Notes: a model not told the origin generated them from the letters alone. A stretch of DNA of 63,084 nucleotides, filler included, from Nemertoderma westbladi (GCA_032718475.1; 3 parts of 3 records of this genome joined end to end with filler, not necessarily neighbours in it); one strand, 5' to 3'. Counted from the first letter of the whole stretch, positions 24,022 through 37,424 are shown. Translations and numbers: made by a program.

Positions 24022-24819
24022 CGTAATTTTTTTATAAACCTTGTTTAATCTTACTATCATTGAACCACGAATTTTTCCCCAGGTGTGCGAGTTCTCAAAC
24101 AAGAGGTCTTACAATTTATTTCTATAAATTTGAAAGTGAAAAATTTATATTAGGCAAATTAGGTTCTGGAATGAGAAGTATATTGTAATTCAAAAGTTGT
24201 TAAAATTAAAAACTACTTTGTTATCTGCTGTTCCGATGTGAAGTTACAAAATTTGGAATCTACAAGAACTCTCAGTTCTCTAAGATGCAATATTGAGTTA
24301 AAATAGTTAAACTAAGTGCTGAGTTTCAATGGCAACCAAATTAATCGTCATTTAAAACAACTATTAGGAAACAGGGTTTAAGAAGATACGAATAAATGGT
24401 ATTTCAATTAATACTGTATTTCAGCGAGTTATTTATACCTGTTTCAATTCATTCTTATAACAACGGAATCGCAATTACGCTGGAATTAGCTTTCTCATGT
24501 GTTTTGTGTTTTTATTTGACTGTTATTATTATAGTTTTGTTGGTATACTCTATTATTATATATACACGTAGAGCCAAAACAACACAAACCAAATTTTGAA
24601 TGGCAGAATCATTTAGGCTCGTTAAGCCAAGGAATGCCTGTTCACCACCATGGGTGATCTTCCACAGTAAACCCTTCCACTCTGTTTCCCAAGTTGCCTT
24701 GGTTCCCATTTATCGACCACTGAAGGATGAAAGCCGGGGTTGGGCTAGGCTGCAGCATTTAAAGCACTGTGCCCAAACAGTGCTGCCCCATCGAACCCGG
24801 GCTCCCTAATCACCAAGGC

Positions 24820-25370
24820 AAGGCATGGGCAGCCTTGAATAGGCTTTCCAGGATTTGTAAGTCACCGAGAATTAATCGGAAACTTAAGGTCCGATTATTT
24901 AGAGCAGCAGTAGTTCCAGTACTCCTCTATGGGAGTCCATGCTGGGCTCTAACTGCTGAGGACACCAAATATCTGGATGGCACATTCACAAGAATGCTAC
25001 GCCGGGTTCATTGTGTCAAGTACAATGCACACATCTCCAACCAGACACTATATAACATTGGAGGTGTCTCATTGGTTCCCCCAAGCTTGACACTAGAACA
25101 AAATCGCCTCCGCTTTGCAGAACATTGCTTTCGCCGTGAGGACCAGCCAGTGCATAATCTTGTACTTTGGCAGCCTCATGGAGTGAATAAGCATGGTTGG
25201 CAGCCCATGACTTTCTTGAGACGCATCTTAAAGGACACTGGCCTTGAAGATGCGGATGATCTAGCAAATGTCATGGGTGATACAGTAGGGAGTTGTGGCG
25301 GTGCAATTTTGTCGATAAGCCGGCACAGCATTCTTAAAAATGCAGCTGCAATGCAGCATGCCGATCCTAT
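24820..25370 (+). mobile_element. RTE-clade LINE 3' fragment (RT C-terminus)
   Basis: AWAALNRLSRI.KS...LKVRLFRAAVVPVLLYG..CW.LT...LDGTFTRMLRR, typical of the RTE ORF C-terminus. Confidence 0.82.
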
Positions 25371-26309
25371 AGTATGTCCGATTCTGCTAACAGCCATTCT
25401 GCAGTTCTGTAGGATCTGAAGATGAGACAGGTTTATCCAATATCACCAATTCCAGTATTCAGAATGTCAGATAGTACTGTACAGTCAGAGAGTAGACCTA
25501 CTGTACAGTCAGATAGTAGGCCTACTGTACAGTCAGACAGTAGGCCTACTACAGTACTAGGCCTACTTTTGTTTAATGTTTAAGGTATAGAAAGCTAATG
25601 CTTGTTGTACCTGTACAATAAATCAACAATTTAACCAAAAATTCTTGGCTTAAAATTATTGATAGTAGACAATTTACAAAAACTAGATGAAGTTTCAATA
25701 AGTACCTAAAACTGTTTATGGGTAATAATTAAATGTTGATACTTAAATGGTGATACCGGTAAGTCTTGAGAACTGCACTAATTTTTATTAATATATCTAT
25801 TTAAAAAAATAATATACTGTATGTAAGTAAGTATTTTTAACGAATACGAATAAAATAAATTAGATCGTCAATCGTGATTAAAAACGCACTGGAACTGTAA
25901 ATAAGGAGGGGGGAGGATCGTTAGGGAAATACAGTACATACAATAAATAAAAAATACTTTGTATTCAATTCATATTGTATAAACTAAAAAAATAATAACA
26001 AATAAAATGAAAATTAAAATCAGATAAAAAGTCAGATTAAAAATATTAAAATACGATAAAACAATGGCAATCAGTTATAGGTGGGCAGATTAAAATACTT
26101 TGTGTTCGCATTGTATAAACTAAAAAAATAACAAAAAATAAAATACAAATGTAAAATTATTTAAAAGTATAATAGGGTGAAAAACAGAGTTATGATAAAA
26201 CATTGTTAATACAGTAGGTGGCCAGGCGATAAAAAGTCAGATTAAAAATATTAATTAAAGTACGATAAAACAACGATAATGAGTTACAGAAGGGCAGATT
26301 ATGGACGGT

Positions 26310-28960
26310 TTATGTGAGGTTCCACCACGATGGAGTAAATTTCAAGGGTAAATGTTTATAGTGAGTGTTCAGCCTGGATTTGAATGTATATAACGAGGGT
26401 CCGGTCACTACATCATCGGTCAACGCATTCCATGGGTCAATGACCCGAAAGTGAAAGGTTGAGTTTCGTTGGAGTAATCTCGCACGTGGTTTGTGGAGTT
26501 TTAAGGAGTGGCCGCGAGTACTGCTGGATGAGAGAGTAAATTGATAGTCGACCGACTCAAGTCCCGAAAGATACCGATAAACCTTGAATGAGTGATGGTG
26601 ATGGCGACGATACTCAAGGGTCGGGAAACCCAGTTGCCGTAAGCGAAGAGGGTACGGTGTGTCTCGCATAGTGGATACTAATCGAGTACTCCCACACGAG
26701 TAGCACGGCGTTGGACTGCTTCAATCAACCGTGTCTCGCCAATCCGATGAGGTGACCAGACTGTGGAGGCGTACTCCAAAGTAGGTCGTACAAGGGCTTT
26801 GTAGAGGCTGATGAAGATGTCCCCATCCAGATGTTTACATGATCGATAAATTAAAATCCAAGAGTTAGGTTGCATTTTTTTACAATTGTTGCAATATGGT
26901 GGCCGAATGAAAGGTCGTTCTGGAATATGACACCGAGGTCTTTTTCTTTATTTGTTTGATCTAAAACAAGTCCCCGAGATGGTATTGAAGACGCGGATTG
27001 TCGTACCCAATATGCATAATTTTACATTTTGTAAAGTTGAAACTCAACTGCCACGTTAAACTCCAGTGATATAGAATGTCTAAGTCTGGTTGTAAAGGGC
27101 CAATCGTAGGCCTTGGATGTGGAGTAAAAACAACACATAGCAAAGAAAGCAAAGCACAGCGTCAGACTTCCTTGTGGGACTCCACTGCGTACAGGTAACC
27201 AGTACGAGATTTCCCTTCCACAACAACCCGCTGTAGTCGATCAGACAGAAAGTCTTGAATCCAACCAAGAAGATTCCCAGCGAAACCTAGAGACTCCAGC
27301 TTGTGTAGTAACCTCTTATGGTGAACAGCATCAAATGCCTTTGAGAAGTCCAAATAGACTACGTCAATACATTTTTTGTTGTCAACCGCCAGGGACCAGT
27401 TATAAATTACGTCTAGCAATTGAAGTGTGCAGGATCGACCTATTTGAAACCCATATTGTTGGTTGGCCATTAGAACGTTTTCCTTTAGGTGAGACCACAT
27501 ACCGGCAACCACAATTCGCTCCATTAGTATTGAGATTACGGTAGTTAAACTGACCTTTCTGTAGTACTCTGAAGCTGTTTTCTTACCACGTTTAAATATG
27601 GGGGGTTATATTGGCTTGTTTCCATTCCGGTGGTACTTTAGTAGAGTCCATAGCATTTTGAAACAGAGTGGAAAGTGGTGTTGCAAGCACAGAGGATAGT
27701 TCAATCAACATAATAGGATAGACTCCATCTGGACCAGGTGCACTGGAACGGTTAATTTTACCTATCGCCTCCAAAACAATATCAGGGGTAAAATCAATGG
27801 TTTCAAGAGGCGCATTATAGGAAGGGGTGTATGGAATGGTGGGAATGGGAAGTTGTTCAATAGTAGATAACAAGTGATAGTGATTATTTAATACCATCGC
27901 TTTATCTTTGCTGTTTGTAACCAGATTGCCATCCATATCAATGAGGTTATGTACAGATGGCATTATTTATAGATCGCTTTGAGTGGATATATTTCCAGAA
28001 CTCTTTTGGATTTCGTGCCGCATTTGCAGCTGTTGTTTTCTCGTAAATATATTGTGCCTTGCGGACATTTAAGGTGCATCTATTACGTACGGACTTGTAT
28101 TCGTCATATGATATTGTTGATAGTGCTTTCCTGTAAGAGTCCCATAATTTCCGTTTGGTATTGATCAACTGACATATATTTTTAGACAACCACTTCGGTT
28201 TCTTAGATCGCTTGCCGACTTTTGAATGTGGAATGTGTCTTTTGCAAGAATCCATGAGGTTGGAATATAACTGTGACCATGATTGTTGTACATCAAGTTG
28301 ATGTAGGGACTCCGCAGTTAGTTTCTCTTGTAATTCAAGATTGATTGATGAGAAATCTGCCCTTTCATAAATTGGTTTTGATCGTGTCGGTAATGATTTA
28401 GACATGAATTTGAAACTGACATCGAATTCAAGTACTAGGTGATCACTTGCACCTAGAGTAGGATGATAGGCCAGAGGCGGGTTCCCAGAAAGTTCATCAT
28501 TTACGAGTATTAAGTCTAGTATACGTGGAATTTGACCGTGGCGATACCGTGTTGGTTTGGTTACTAATTGGAACAAGTAGTTATCCTGGATACAAGATAA
28601 GATTATGGATTCACCGATGTCGCTGGTAGATAGCAGGTTCCAGTCTGTATGAGGCATGTTAAAATCGCCCAAAATAATAAGTTGCTTGTTTTTGTTGGAT
28701 ATACACATATGATTAAGTGTGTGAACAACGTTGGTATAATTGTTTACACTTGGGCTCCGATATATGCACCCGAATAATATTGGCCGTGTGGAGATAGACT
28801 CTATACTAATCCATAATGATTCCAAACCATTCCCAATTTCCCAATTAAGGCTGGGATGAACTGTGTATTCCGATGCTCCAGCTAAAGATTCACGAATATA
28901 TATTATAATCCCTCTCGAACATGTTGAAAAGTCTAAATTTGAGCATAATATTTCGTATCC
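26310..28960 (-). mobile_element. CR1-clade LINE ORF2 (AP endonuclease plus RT), degenerate
   Basis: EN motifs IYRSP, GDFNMP, LDLILVN, SDH; RT motifs APGPDG, QYGF..GRSC, YLDFSKAFD, LYKALVRPTLEYAS.VWSP, RVIDPWNAL. Confidence 0.93.
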
Positions 28961-28984
28961 AATAGCAACTATAGAACGGGACTG

Positions 28985-29655
28985 TTCAATGCAGCAGGGG
29001 GCTGCGGGGGAGCCATCAACGTTGCAGGGGGCCGTGAGGGAGCCATCAACGCTGCAGGGGGCAGCGGGGGAACCATTAACGCTGCAGGGGGCCGTGGGGG
29101 GCCCATCAACGCTGTAGGGGGCAGCAGGGGAGCCGTCAACGCTGCAGGGGGCAGCGGGGGAGCCGTCAACACCGCAGGGGGCCGTGAGGGAGCCATCAAC
29201 GCTGCAGGGGGCAGCATGGGAGCCATCAACGCTGCAGGGGGCCGTGGGGGAGCCATCAACGCTGCAGGGGGCCGTAGGGGACCCATCAACGCTGGAAGTG
29301 GCAGCGGGGGAGCCATCAACGCTGCAGGGGGCCGTGGGGGAGCCATCACCGCTGCAGGGGGCAGCGGGGGAGCCGTCAATGCTGCAGGGGGCAGCAGGGG
29401 AGCCTTCAGCGCTGTAGGGGGCAGCGGAGGAGCCGTCAACGCTGCAGGGGGCCCCGTGGGAGCTATTAACGCTGCAGGGGGCAGCGGGGAAGCCGTCAAC
29501 GCTGCAGGGGGCAGCGGGGGAGCCGTCAATGCTGCAGGGTGCAGCGGGGGAGCCGTCAATACCGCAGGGGGCCGCTTGAGAGCCATCAATGCTGCAGGGG
29601 GCCGCGTGAGAGCCATCAACGCTGCAGAGGGCAGCGGGGGAGCCATCAACGCTGT
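28985..29655. repeat. 30-bp GC-rich minisatellite, about 22 copies
   Basis: GGGAGCCATCAACGCTGCAGGGGGCAGCGG repeated. Confidence 0.97.
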
Positions 29656-29687
29656 TTTACTGCATACTGCAGTACTGTGTATAAGTA

Positions 29688-30877
29688 CGGTGAGTGAGGG
29701 AGAATTGAACCCCAAATTTATGATTGCTATCATTATGTGAGAGTTTGAGAATTTCAACTCTTAAACTTTTTTAATTAAACCAATTATTCGTATTTTCGAA
29801 AATTTTCAATGGTGGGGGGGGGGGGGTGGGGGGGGAGACTTAACACCTAGGGTGGGAGACTTGAACCCCCCCCCCACCTCGCATTCTTGTAAATTCGTTC
29901 AAAAATGCATAAGAAGTGTAATAATTACATGTTCAACATGCCTATTCTCTAGTCGAGCAGAAAAATTTCAAAAAATGCGATTGTTAAATTGTTAAATTAT
30001 TATCCAAAATATTATACAAATTTAGGTGGCCGTTCACATGGTTCTCCCAACAAGAACTGAATAAATAATAGTTCATTAAACCCGCATTAAAATTTAACGC
30101 GGGGAGGTACTTTTTATTAATGAATATCTTGTATAATTTTCAATCCAGGCACATATTAAATGTCTTCCTGTAATTCTATTGATGTGTGCCGCTTTCTGAC
30201 AAAGTGGCATCTTGTTTAATCTGTCAATCACACAGTTGGCGGGCTACTAACTACATTGCAAAGAGGGAAGCGGGAAGGACGAGTTGGTTGGGTTGGCTTG
30301 GCTGGGTTTATCAAGGCCTCTCCCCCCCTCTCTCTCTCTCTGGCCACTCCATTGTATTCACATTCCATTGATAGCTTGGTCTGTGTAAGTACCAATCAAC
30401 TAGTTGGAGTGCTCTGGTGTATGGTTCTCTACGTGGGTGTATCTCTAGGTAGACCGTAGACGTCAGCATTGAAGGGTTCAATTCTCCCTCACACTTGGGC
30501 GTCATGTCTCCCCACATGGGCTTTTTTTTTATATTAATTGATATAATTTCAAAACGGCTGAACCAAAACTAGGAAAACAAAATGGCAGGATAGTGCAATA
30601 ATTAGTCAACACATATTGTGAATTACAATAACATACAGTAAAATAAGGAAGCGAATTTTCATTCGTTGTAAAGGGCAAAAATTTACTTTTGAACCCAGAA
30701 AACGTTTATTGACAATAAAACAACAAATAACCAAAAGGTAATAAAACATTGTTGCGCGGGTGTAGCCAACATGTATTTTACACATTTTTGTGTGGTATTG
30801 TTAAATAATTTACAATAGTTTTTGAGTTAATAAAAAAAATCAAGTCTCCCCTAAAGTCAAGTCTCCCTCTCTCACCG
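29688..30877. mobile_element. Tc1/pogo-like non-autonomous element (MITE)
   Basis: TIRs CGGTGAGTGAGGGAGAATTGA and TCAAGTCTCCCTCTCTCACCG; TA on the left flank; subterminal GGGAGACTT repeats. Confidence 0.6.
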
Positions 30878-31641
30878 CTACTGCTACTGTACAGAGTGAA
30901 GATTGTGCTGTTTTGTGAGCTAGCTGTGCAGTACTGCAGTAAGCTAAAATTACAGAATTAGTTTAAAAAATACTCTTTTAACTAATTTCAGAATTTTACA
31001 CAAAATTAGTAGATTAGATTAGATATTATGATTATGAATTATTATATTATGATTAGATTAGACATAGGATTAGATATATATACCATATAGAGCATAGAGT
31101 CACAGTCACCAGATCAACAATTTTTTAAAAAAGGATCTTACAGTCTTAACTGCTTAACCCTGTAATCAGTTAACCCAAAACACCAGGCTCTCAATCTTGT
31201 TCAATCATGTCTTGAAAGACCTGCAGCAGCAATCGGACAGTCAGACAGTCTGACAGTTGCAATTTCATAATTTGTAATCTGTCAGTCTGTAGGCCTAAAT
31301 CATAAATTGTTTGTTTTGTAGTGCAGTAGTGTAGGCCTTCTGTTCAGCTATTCTGCTATCCGATATTAGGCCTATCAGATTATTGTACCTTTAGGCTTTA
31401 GCCAACAGTCAGACAACCTAGGCTATCCTTTCAACTCTCAGTCACTGTCAGACTGTCAGTGTACCATACTGCAGTACTGGCAGAGTGGTGTAACTGACTG
31501 ACTGATTCCTGATTTGCCTATCAGCCAGTCACTGAGTCAGCTGATCAGATTATATTGAGTATTTATTGCTGTATTGTGAATCTCGATCTAATAACAACCA
31601 ACACAGCAACAATAACAAGGCCAAAACCTGAAGAAAGTACA

Positions 31642-31830
31642 ATGTTGCCCCCACGAGGTAATAAAATGATGGGGTATCTGAATTACAGGATGCGAGTTAC
31701 CCTTCAAGACAGCCGAACCTTCATCGGTTCATTTATGGCATTCGACAAACATATGAATATAATTCTCGGTGATTGCGAGGAGTTTCGGAGGATTAAACCA
31801 AAAGGACAAGAGGAGCGGCAAGAAAAAAGG
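31642..31830 (+). CDS. SNRPB: Small nuclear ribonucleoprotein SmB/B', coding exon 1 (Sm1 motif)
   Basis: [40 protein letters not shown]...EKR; phase-0 donor AGG|GTATGT at 31830/31831. Confidence 0.95.
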
Positions 31831-32599
31831 GTATGTCAGTCTCAGTATGTTGTTCTGGTTAATTACCGGTACAGTTTTATGTTCAAAGTTACATAGGCAG
31901 TCGATAGGTACAAACGAGCAAACTGGCAAAGCAAAATACAACTCACTTTCAACTTTAGTAACTTACCAGCTTACCCTGTTACCGGTATCGCTTACTTGTA
32001 CCGGTATTTGTATTTCCTGATTTCTGGTTCTGGGTGGATATTGGCTACGATATCACGAATGAATGCGAGACTAATCATTCTTCTATCTACTACTGTACTA
32101 CAGTACTGTACTACAGTACACTGTACTACCTGGTAGCTGACTAGGGCTCTTTCACACACACTACAGCACAGGCTGACAGGCGCCACTTTTTATATGGAAA
32201 ACATAGGCCTACAGCGTTATTTTACTTGGCTGACTTGGCCCTTGGCGTACTTAGACTTGGCTTGGTTTTTGGGGTGTTTGTACAGTCAGTTGTAGGTACT
32301 GTCTGGGATATTGGTTTGTTTTTTAGGTTAGGGTTTGTTGGTCATGCACAAACCATAATTAAAGCAGTAATTTAACCCTAACCCGAAGTCATGAGGCTCT
32401 AATATATGAAATTTTGTACAATTTCTGACTTTTCTAACCAAAACAATAAACAATATCTCAATAACATAGGGTATTTCATACTTATAGTCTTATTTTTGCA
32501 ATACGAAAATACCAGAGGTACGAATATAATATGGATATGAACTATAACTGACTTTTTGTATTATAATAATATTGGTTATTTATATAGCGTATAATAATA

Positions 32600-32815
32600 A
32601 TAATATTGGTTATTTATATAGCGCTTTTCTACGCTCAGCATACTGAAAGCGCTTTTATTATTATTACCCCAGCAAAGCCAGGTACCGCTGGGTTGGCGTA
32701 GGCACTAATGTCTAAAGTGTCTTGCCTAGGCTAGGGACACAACAGTGCGAAATTTATTGTAAGCCAAACACTATTGTGTAAGCAGTTCAGGCGCCATATC
32801 CACTCGGACACTGCG
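32600..32815 (-). mobile_element. Degenerate tRNA-derived SINE (CORE-like centre, L2-like tail) in the SmB intron
   Basis: Minus strand shows A-box-like TGTCCGAGTGG, GTTGTGTCC...GGCAAGACACTT and an AAGCGCTATATAAA tail. Confidence 0.45.
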
Positions 32816-33149
32816 ACATTAGCTCGAAGGGCCAATGGTACCACCGGTTGGCCTAATGCGCCAATATATTATGGGCCTAATATATGGTAATGTGCCTAAT
32901 AGCTGAATAGATTAAAGCCTCATGACTTAGTGTTAGGGTTGAATTACTGCTTTAATTAGGGTTTATGGGTTATTAAAATTAGGGTTAACCGGGGTAGTGG
33001 ATATGAGTCTACTATTAAACTAATTAGAATTAAAGTTATTAAATTAATAATAATTAAATAAATAAATTACTCAGAGCTATAACATTTAGTGACTACAGAG
33101 CTTCTTCACTTCTGCACTTCCATTATACAAATCCCTCAATATTTTACCG

Positions 33150-33785
33150 CTAGAATCAATATATAAATTAGAAGTAAATAAACTCATGCTTGATATTTAT
33201 AAAATAAAACACTCTTTGATGCTCCTGATATATATAAATTGATTCTCCCTCACTTCTGATCAGCATAGCTTCTTCACCAGATCAGCTGTATCCGGTTGTC
33301 TCTTTGTCCCGTCTGTTCGCCTAATGTTAGCCAAGCAATCACTTCGATATAAAGGTCCAGTTCTCTGGAACAACATGGACATTTGTACAAGGACTGTACA
33401 AACAAAAATATGTTTGCAGTCAAAGTAAAGCAGCATCTGTACGATAGTGGTTAAATTTGAGCATTAACGTAACGCAATACCGATATGCCCTACATTCCGG
33501 CGTGATACGCGATATAGAACGGTATTGCTAAAAGCAACTAATATACAATAGGTTACTCTAAAAACTAACTACCATAGTTAACAAAATGTTGGCACGATGT
33601 ACCGCAATCCCCCCCCCCCCACCCACCATCCAAGGCTACAATCATTACTAGCCCAGCTATCGTGTTGCTGCCTTTCCCATACCGCAACCACATATATTTA
33701 TTACATATTCAATTGTGCAGTTATGTATTATATTTTGTATATGGTAAATGGGATAAATAAACAAAAAATTGAATTGAATTGGAAA
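33150..33785 (+). mobile_element. Old LINE (CR1/L2 group) 3' remnant in the SmB intron
   Basis: Fragmentary peptide HSFFTRS...KQSLRYKGPVLWNN; AATAAA plus (AATTG)n tail near 33750-33785. Confidence 0.4.
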
Positions 33786-34029
33786 TTGTTTGGGCCACCA
33801 CTATTGTAACCTGCAGGGCCCACGCAAACTGTGAAAAAGTGGCGCCTCCAGCAGTCTAGAGGCGCTATCCCCTTCTACTACCGGTAGTCTTGTTTTGATG
33901 GTGTCTATGTCACGTTTGACACCACCCACTGTGACCGTTTACCTTGAAACACGGTCATTGTGATATGATTTCGAATCTAGGCCTATTCGTTATTTGATAA
34001 CTTTTGAGCCCGATAACTTTATAGAAGTA

Positions 34030-36383
34030 AAGTTGTTGTTCATTTCCCTCATTAGTTAATGTGTTTGTTTATTTCCCTCCTGACTCCTGAGATAATGTTG
34101 TTGTTTATTTCCCTCCTTAGGTAATGTTTTTTTTTATTTCCCTCCTTAGGTAATGGGTTTGTTTACTTCCCTCCTTAGATCATGTTTTTTCCCTCCTTAG
34201 ATAATGGGTTTTGTTTATTTCCTTCCTTAGATAATGTTGTTGTTTATTTCCCTCCTTAGGTAATGTGTTTTTTTATTTCCCTCCTTAGATAATGTTGTCG
34301 TTTATTTCCCTCTTTAGGTAATGTTTTTGTTTATTTCCCTCGACTTAGATAATGTTGTTGTTTATTTCCCTCCTTAGGTAATGGTTTTGTTTATTTCCCT
34401 CCTTTGGTAATGGGTTAGTTTATTTCCATGTTGTTGTTTATTTCCCTCCTTAGGTAATGGGTTTGTTTATTTCCCTCCTTAGATAATGTTGTTGTTTATT
34501 TCCCTCATTAGGTAATGGTTTTGTTTATTTCCCTCGACTTAGATAATGTTGTTGTTTATTTCCCTCTTTAGGTAATGGTTTTGTTTATTTCCCTCGACTT
34601 AGATAATGTTGTTGTTTATTTCCCTCCTTAGGTAATGTTTTTGTTTATTTCCCTCGACTTCGATAATGTTGTTTGTTTCCCTCCTTAGATAATGTTGTTG
34701 TTTATTTCCCTCCTTAGGTAATGGGTTTGCTTATTTCCCTCATTAGATAATGTTGTTGTTTATTTCCCTCCTTAGGTAATGGGTTTGTTTATTTCCCTCC
34801 TTAGATAATGGTTTTGTTTATTTCCCTCCTTAGGTAATGGATTTGTTTATTTCCCTCCTTAGGTAATGGGTTAGTTTATTACCATGTTGTTGTTTATTTC
34901 CCTCCTTAGGTTATGGTTTTGTTTATTTCCCTCCTTAGGTAATGGATTTGTTTATTTCCCTCCTTAGGTAATGGGTTAGTTTATTTCCATGTTGTTGTTT
35001 ATTTCCCTCCTTAGGTAATGGGTTTGTTTATTTCCCTCCTTAGATAATGTTGTTGTTTATTTCCCTCCTTAGGTAATGGGTTTGTTTATTTCCCTCCTTA
35101 GGTAATGGATTTGTTTATTTCCCTCCTTAGGTATTGGGTTAGTTTATTTCCATGTTGTTGTTTATTTCCCTCCTTAGGTAATGGGTTTGTTTATTTCCCT
35201 CCTTAGATAATGGTTTTGTTTATTTCCCTCCTTAGGTAATGGATTTGTTTATTTCCCTCCTTAGGTAATGGGTTAGTTTATTTCCATGTTGTTGTTTATT
35301 TCCCTCCTTAGGTAATGGTTTTGTTTATTTCCCTCCTTAGGTAATGGATTTGTTTATTTCCCTCCTTAGGTAATGGGTTAGTTTATTTCCATGTTGTTGT
35401 TTATTTCCCTCCTTAGGTAATGGGTTTGTTTATTTCCCTCCTTAGATAATGTTGTTGTTTATTTCCCTCCTTAGGTAATGGGTTTGTTTATTTGCCTCCT
35501 TAGATAATGTTGTTGTTTATTTCCCTCCTTAGGTAATGGGTTTGTTTATTTCCCTCCTTAGGTAATGGTTTTGTTTATTTCCCTCCTTAGGTAATGGATT
35601 TGTTTATTTCCCTCCTTAGGTAATGGGTTAGTTTATTTCCATGTTGTTGTTTATTTCCCTCCTTAGGTGATGGGTTTGTTTATTTCCCTCCTTAGATAAT
35701 GTTGTTGTTTATTTCCCTCATTAGGTAATGGTTTTGATTATTTCCCTCGACTTAGATAATGTTGTTGTTTATTTCCCTCCTTAGATAATGTCGTTGTTTA
35801 TTTCCCTCCTTAGGTAATGTGTTTGTTTATTTCCCTCCTTAGGTAATGGATTTGTTTACTTCCCTCGACTTAGATAATGTTGTTGTTTATTTCCCTCCTT
35901 AGGTAATGGTTTTGTTTATTTCCCTCGACTTAGATAATGTTGTTGTTTATTTCCCTCCTTAGATAATGTTGTTGTTTATTTCCCTCCTTAAGTAATGTGT
36001 TTGTTTATTTCCCTCTTTAGGTAATGGATTTGTTTACTTCCCTCGACTTAGATAATGTTGTTGCTTATTTCCCTCCTTAGGTAATGGTTTTATTTATTTC
36101 CCTCGACTTAGATAATGTTGTTGTTTATTTCCCTCCTTAGGTAATGGGTTTGTTTATTTCCCTCCTTATGTAATGGTTTTGTTTATTTCCCTCGACTTAG
36201 ATAATGTTGTTGTTTATTTCCTTCCTTAGATAATGTTGTTGTTTATTTCCCTCCTTAGATAATGTTGTTGTTTATTTCCCTCCTTAGGTAATGTTGTTGT
36301 TTATTTCCCTCCTTAGATAATGTTGTTTATTTCCCTCCTTAGATAATGTTGTTGTTTATTTCCCTCCTTAGGTAATGGGTTTG
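34030..36383 (+). repeat. 29-bp satellite, about 80 copies, whose unit is the SmB intron 3' splice site plus the first exon bases
   Basis: Unit TTGTTTATTTCCCTCCTTAG|G/ATAATG(GGT/TTG); the last copy is the functional acceptor at 36370-36371. Confidence 0.97.
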
Positions 36384-36635
36384 GTTTTACTACGAGGAGA
36401 GAACGTCGTTAGTTTAACGGTAGAAGGGCCGCCCCCACCGGAGCTGCAACAGAGTCGCCCATCTGTGCCGAGTGGACCGGGGGGTGGGAGGGGGGCTGGT
36501 AGGGGGATGCCGCCCCCTAGGATGGGCGGGGGCCCTCCAGGACTCCAGGGGCCCGGGCGGGGTATGGGCGGCCCCCCTGTCGGTATGATGATGCCTGGGG
36601 GATATGGCGACAGGGGGCCGCCCCCCAGATGGTAG
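36372..36635 (+). CDS. SNRPB: SmB/B' coding exon 2 (Sm2 motif plus Gly/Pro/Arg tail)
   Basis: ttag|GTA ATG GGT restores [25 protein letters not shown]; GRG/PPP tail; stop TAG ending at 36635; 150 aa in total. Confidence 0.95.
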   Translation, partial: VMGLVLLRGENVVSLTVEGPPPPELQQSRPSVPSGPGGGRGAGRGMPPPRMGGGPPGLQGPGRGMGGPPVGMMMPGGYGDRGPPPRW

Positions 36636-37424
36636 ATGGGCGGACGTCTTTCTGTACTTGAGGTCGTCGCATAGTAGACTGTTTTGGCTGCAGTTTTTGT
36701 CGTTCGCGAATCGCATAAACTTTCGATTACAGGAAATCCTCACTTATAAACTGCGACTTGCCTGTTGTATGACCCGCAGTGGAGTCGCAAATAGACTGGC
36801 AGTGAGTGACGTCACAACGTCCTTAATGTGACTTTGTGGACTGTTTGTTTACCTAAACACAAACCGACTATCTTACTTTTTCATTTGTTGAGGTGATTAT
36901 CTGATATCTCGGCTCACTAGCTAATTTTAAACTTTAGGATTATCGATAATTACCATTGCAATCTTATTTTTCTGTTTTTACTTATATAATATAATGTACA
37001 TTTCCTCGTGTTTTGGCGTTATTAAATTCGCCTGTGATTAATATTTGCTATAAATAGACTACAGGCAATAATAATTATTAAAGCAATAAAATTTAAGCCT
37101 CACCTCCACCAACCTCCTATCTATTTCCTGGATCCTTTGAGACCCAGGCGTTATTTTATGAAAATTCAGGTTCCGGCCGGAATACTCCGGCATTTGAAAT
37201 TCCGGTTCCGACCGGAACCAAAATATCGGTTCCCGTACATCCCTACTTTTGTATTTTTTAATACCGTGCAATTCAGTAAATACGTTTTGGAGAACAATAA
37301 GTCAATAACCGAATTCGAAATCAGATTTAATTCGTCAGCGTACTACTACTACTATTGCACATTGAGATGCTTACAGTACTCTATGCCACCACCATGCAAT
37401 CCACAATTGGCAAACCCAATGCAA

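Noticed and set aside
28969-29757. Pro/Ala-rich and Gly-rich ORFs
   Set aside because: Products of the 30-bp minisatellite.
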